Part shown: piece by piece, positions 62,910 to 64,000 of the stretch
Layout: the number at the start of each line of letters is the position of its first letter
Position numbering within the stretch: position 1 is the first letter of the stretch
Source of the DNA: an uncultured Acidobacteriota bacterium
Lineage (GTDB): Bacteria > Acidobacteriota > Thermoanaerobaculia > UBA5066
NCBI GenBank assembly: GCA_963779415.1
Contig: CAVZYA010000002.1
Span: 1,440,001 to 1,504,000, forward strand
Length of the DNA: 64,000 bases
Direction: 5' to 3'
Made by a program: the position numbers and the translations under genes
Notes under the pieces: model-generated
Told to the model about the DNA's origin: nothing
The model's database searches: none
Seen by the model: the letters and a program-made list of their open reading frames with translations, nothing else

Positions 62910-64000
62910 GTGCGTCTCTTCAAGAACACCCAGATCGACTTCCTCGGAATCAAGTGGTGGATGATCGGGCTCTCGACCGCGCTCGCCATCCTCGGGGCCA
63001 TCTCGCTCGTCGCTGCGGGGAGGACCGCGCCTCGGCATCGACTTCACGGGCGGCGCGCAGCTCCTCTACGCCTTCAAGGACCGTCCCGACGAGAACCAGA
63101 TCCGGAAGATCGTCGAGGCCGCCAACGTCAAGCTCGACTCGGCCCAGCGGTTCGACAAGGCCGAGAAGAACGAGGTCCTTCTCCGGATCCCGATGGATCA
63201 GAAGGAAGGGCGCGACGTCCGGGGCGAGGTGACGATCGCCCTCTCGAAGGCGATGTTCCCGCAAGGGGCGGAGCCCGGCGCCTTCGACCTGAACGTGAAC
63301 GGCGGCGACCTTCTCCTCGCCCGGCTCCTCTCGGAGGACCCGGAGAAGCTCGCCTCCCGCTCCGGCGTCGATCCGAAGACGGAGTACCAGAAGACCGTGC
63401 AGGCGATCATCGCGGCGCGCTCGTCCAAGGGGCTGTTTCACTCGATCGACGAGGTCGCGTCCGTGCCGGGGGTGTCGCCCGCCGTCGCGAGCTGGCTCAA
63501 GGAGAAGACGCTCGTCGGTCCCTTCACGCTCCTCCAGGCCGAGAACGTCGGTCCGCAGGTCGGGCGGGACCTCCGGCGGCAGGGGCTCTGGGCGATCGCG
63601 CTTTCGTGGGGGGCGATGCTCCTCTACGTCGGCGTCCGCTTCCGCTCCGCCTCCTTCGGGACGGCCGCGGTCGTCGCGATCATCCACGACACCTGGATCA
63701 CGCTGGGGCTCTGCTCGATCCTCTCCGTCGAGATCTCGCTCACGGTCGTCGCGGCCTTCCTGACCCTGATCGGCTACTCGATGAACGACACGGTCGTCGT
63801 CTACGACCGGATCCGGGAGAACCTCCAGAAGACGCGGAAGAAGCCGCTCACGGCGATCGTCAACGAGTCGATCAACCAGACGCTCTCCCGGACGGTCCTG
63901 ACCTCGGGCCTCACCTTTCTCGTCGTCGTCGCCCTCTTCTTCCTCGGCGGCGAGGTGCTGCGGCCCTTCTCCTTCGTGATGCTCGTCGGCATCATCATCG
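62910..64000 (+). CDS. secF: Protein translocase subunit SecF with inserted HhH domain (partial; frameshift near 63015)
   Basis: Manual translation: LGIDFTGG, VGPQVGRDL, IIHD, LIGYSMNDTVVVYDRIRE, NQTLSRT. Confidence 0.92.
   Translation, partial: MRLFKNTQIDFLGIKWWMIGLSTALAILGAISLVAAGRTAPRHRLHGRRAAPLRLQGPSRREPDPEDRRGRQRQARLGPAVRQGREERGPSPDPDGSEGRARRPGRGDDRPLEGDVPARGGARRLRPERERRRPSPRPAPLGGPGEARLPLRRRSEDGVPEDRAGDHRGALVQGAVSLDRRGRVRAGGVARRRELAQGEDARRSLHAPPGRERRSAGRAGPPAAGALGDRAFVGGDAPLRRRPLPLRLLRDGRGRRDHPRHLDHAGALLDPLRRDLAHGRRGLPDPDRLLDERHGRRLRPDPGEPPEDAEEAAHGDRQRVDQPDALPDGPDLGPHLSRRRRPLLPRRRGAAALLLRDARRHHH

Overview
High-GC (about 70% by eye) bacterial chromosomal segment. Gene content is consistent with an Acidobacteriota (Thermoanaerobaculia-like) genome, which is an inference. 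About a dozen single-base frameshifts, including in secD and secF, point to uncorrected long-read errors rather than pseudogenes. Contents in order: end of a glycolipid/cell-envelope cluster (flippase-like protein, two GT2s, radical SAM, APC permease, inverted FkbM); housekeeping and metabolic genes (two SerA-like dehydrogenases, DUF1015, PGM1-like ATP-grasp ligase, type IIA topoisomerase A subunit, ispH); a ~15 kb minus-strand cluster; lipid genes; a TetR-TolC-HlyD-ABC efflux operon; mnmA, cysE, folK; and a tgt-yajC-secD-secF operon. The ~15 kb cluster runs TolC, MFP, RND, DUF2892, PII-like protein, zinc ribbon, ArsR, Rieske, cytochrome b fused to a 9-heme cytochrome c, tetraheme cytochrome c, NrfC, NrfD, membrane protein. 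Best leads: (1) a hidden selenoprotein (FmdB-type zinc ribbon ending F-T-UGA-G-UGA with a SECIS-like hairpin) inside that efflux plus hybrid respiratory cluster, which has no catalytic subunit; (2) a ComEA-like helix-hairpin-helix domain inserted in SecF, with a membrane-anchored SbcCD-like pair sitting between yajC and secD; (3) a half-length DNA-repair radical SAM protein that keeps a clamp-binding-like motif, next to an AlkD-like gene. No rRNA, tRNA, CRISPR array or IS element was seen.
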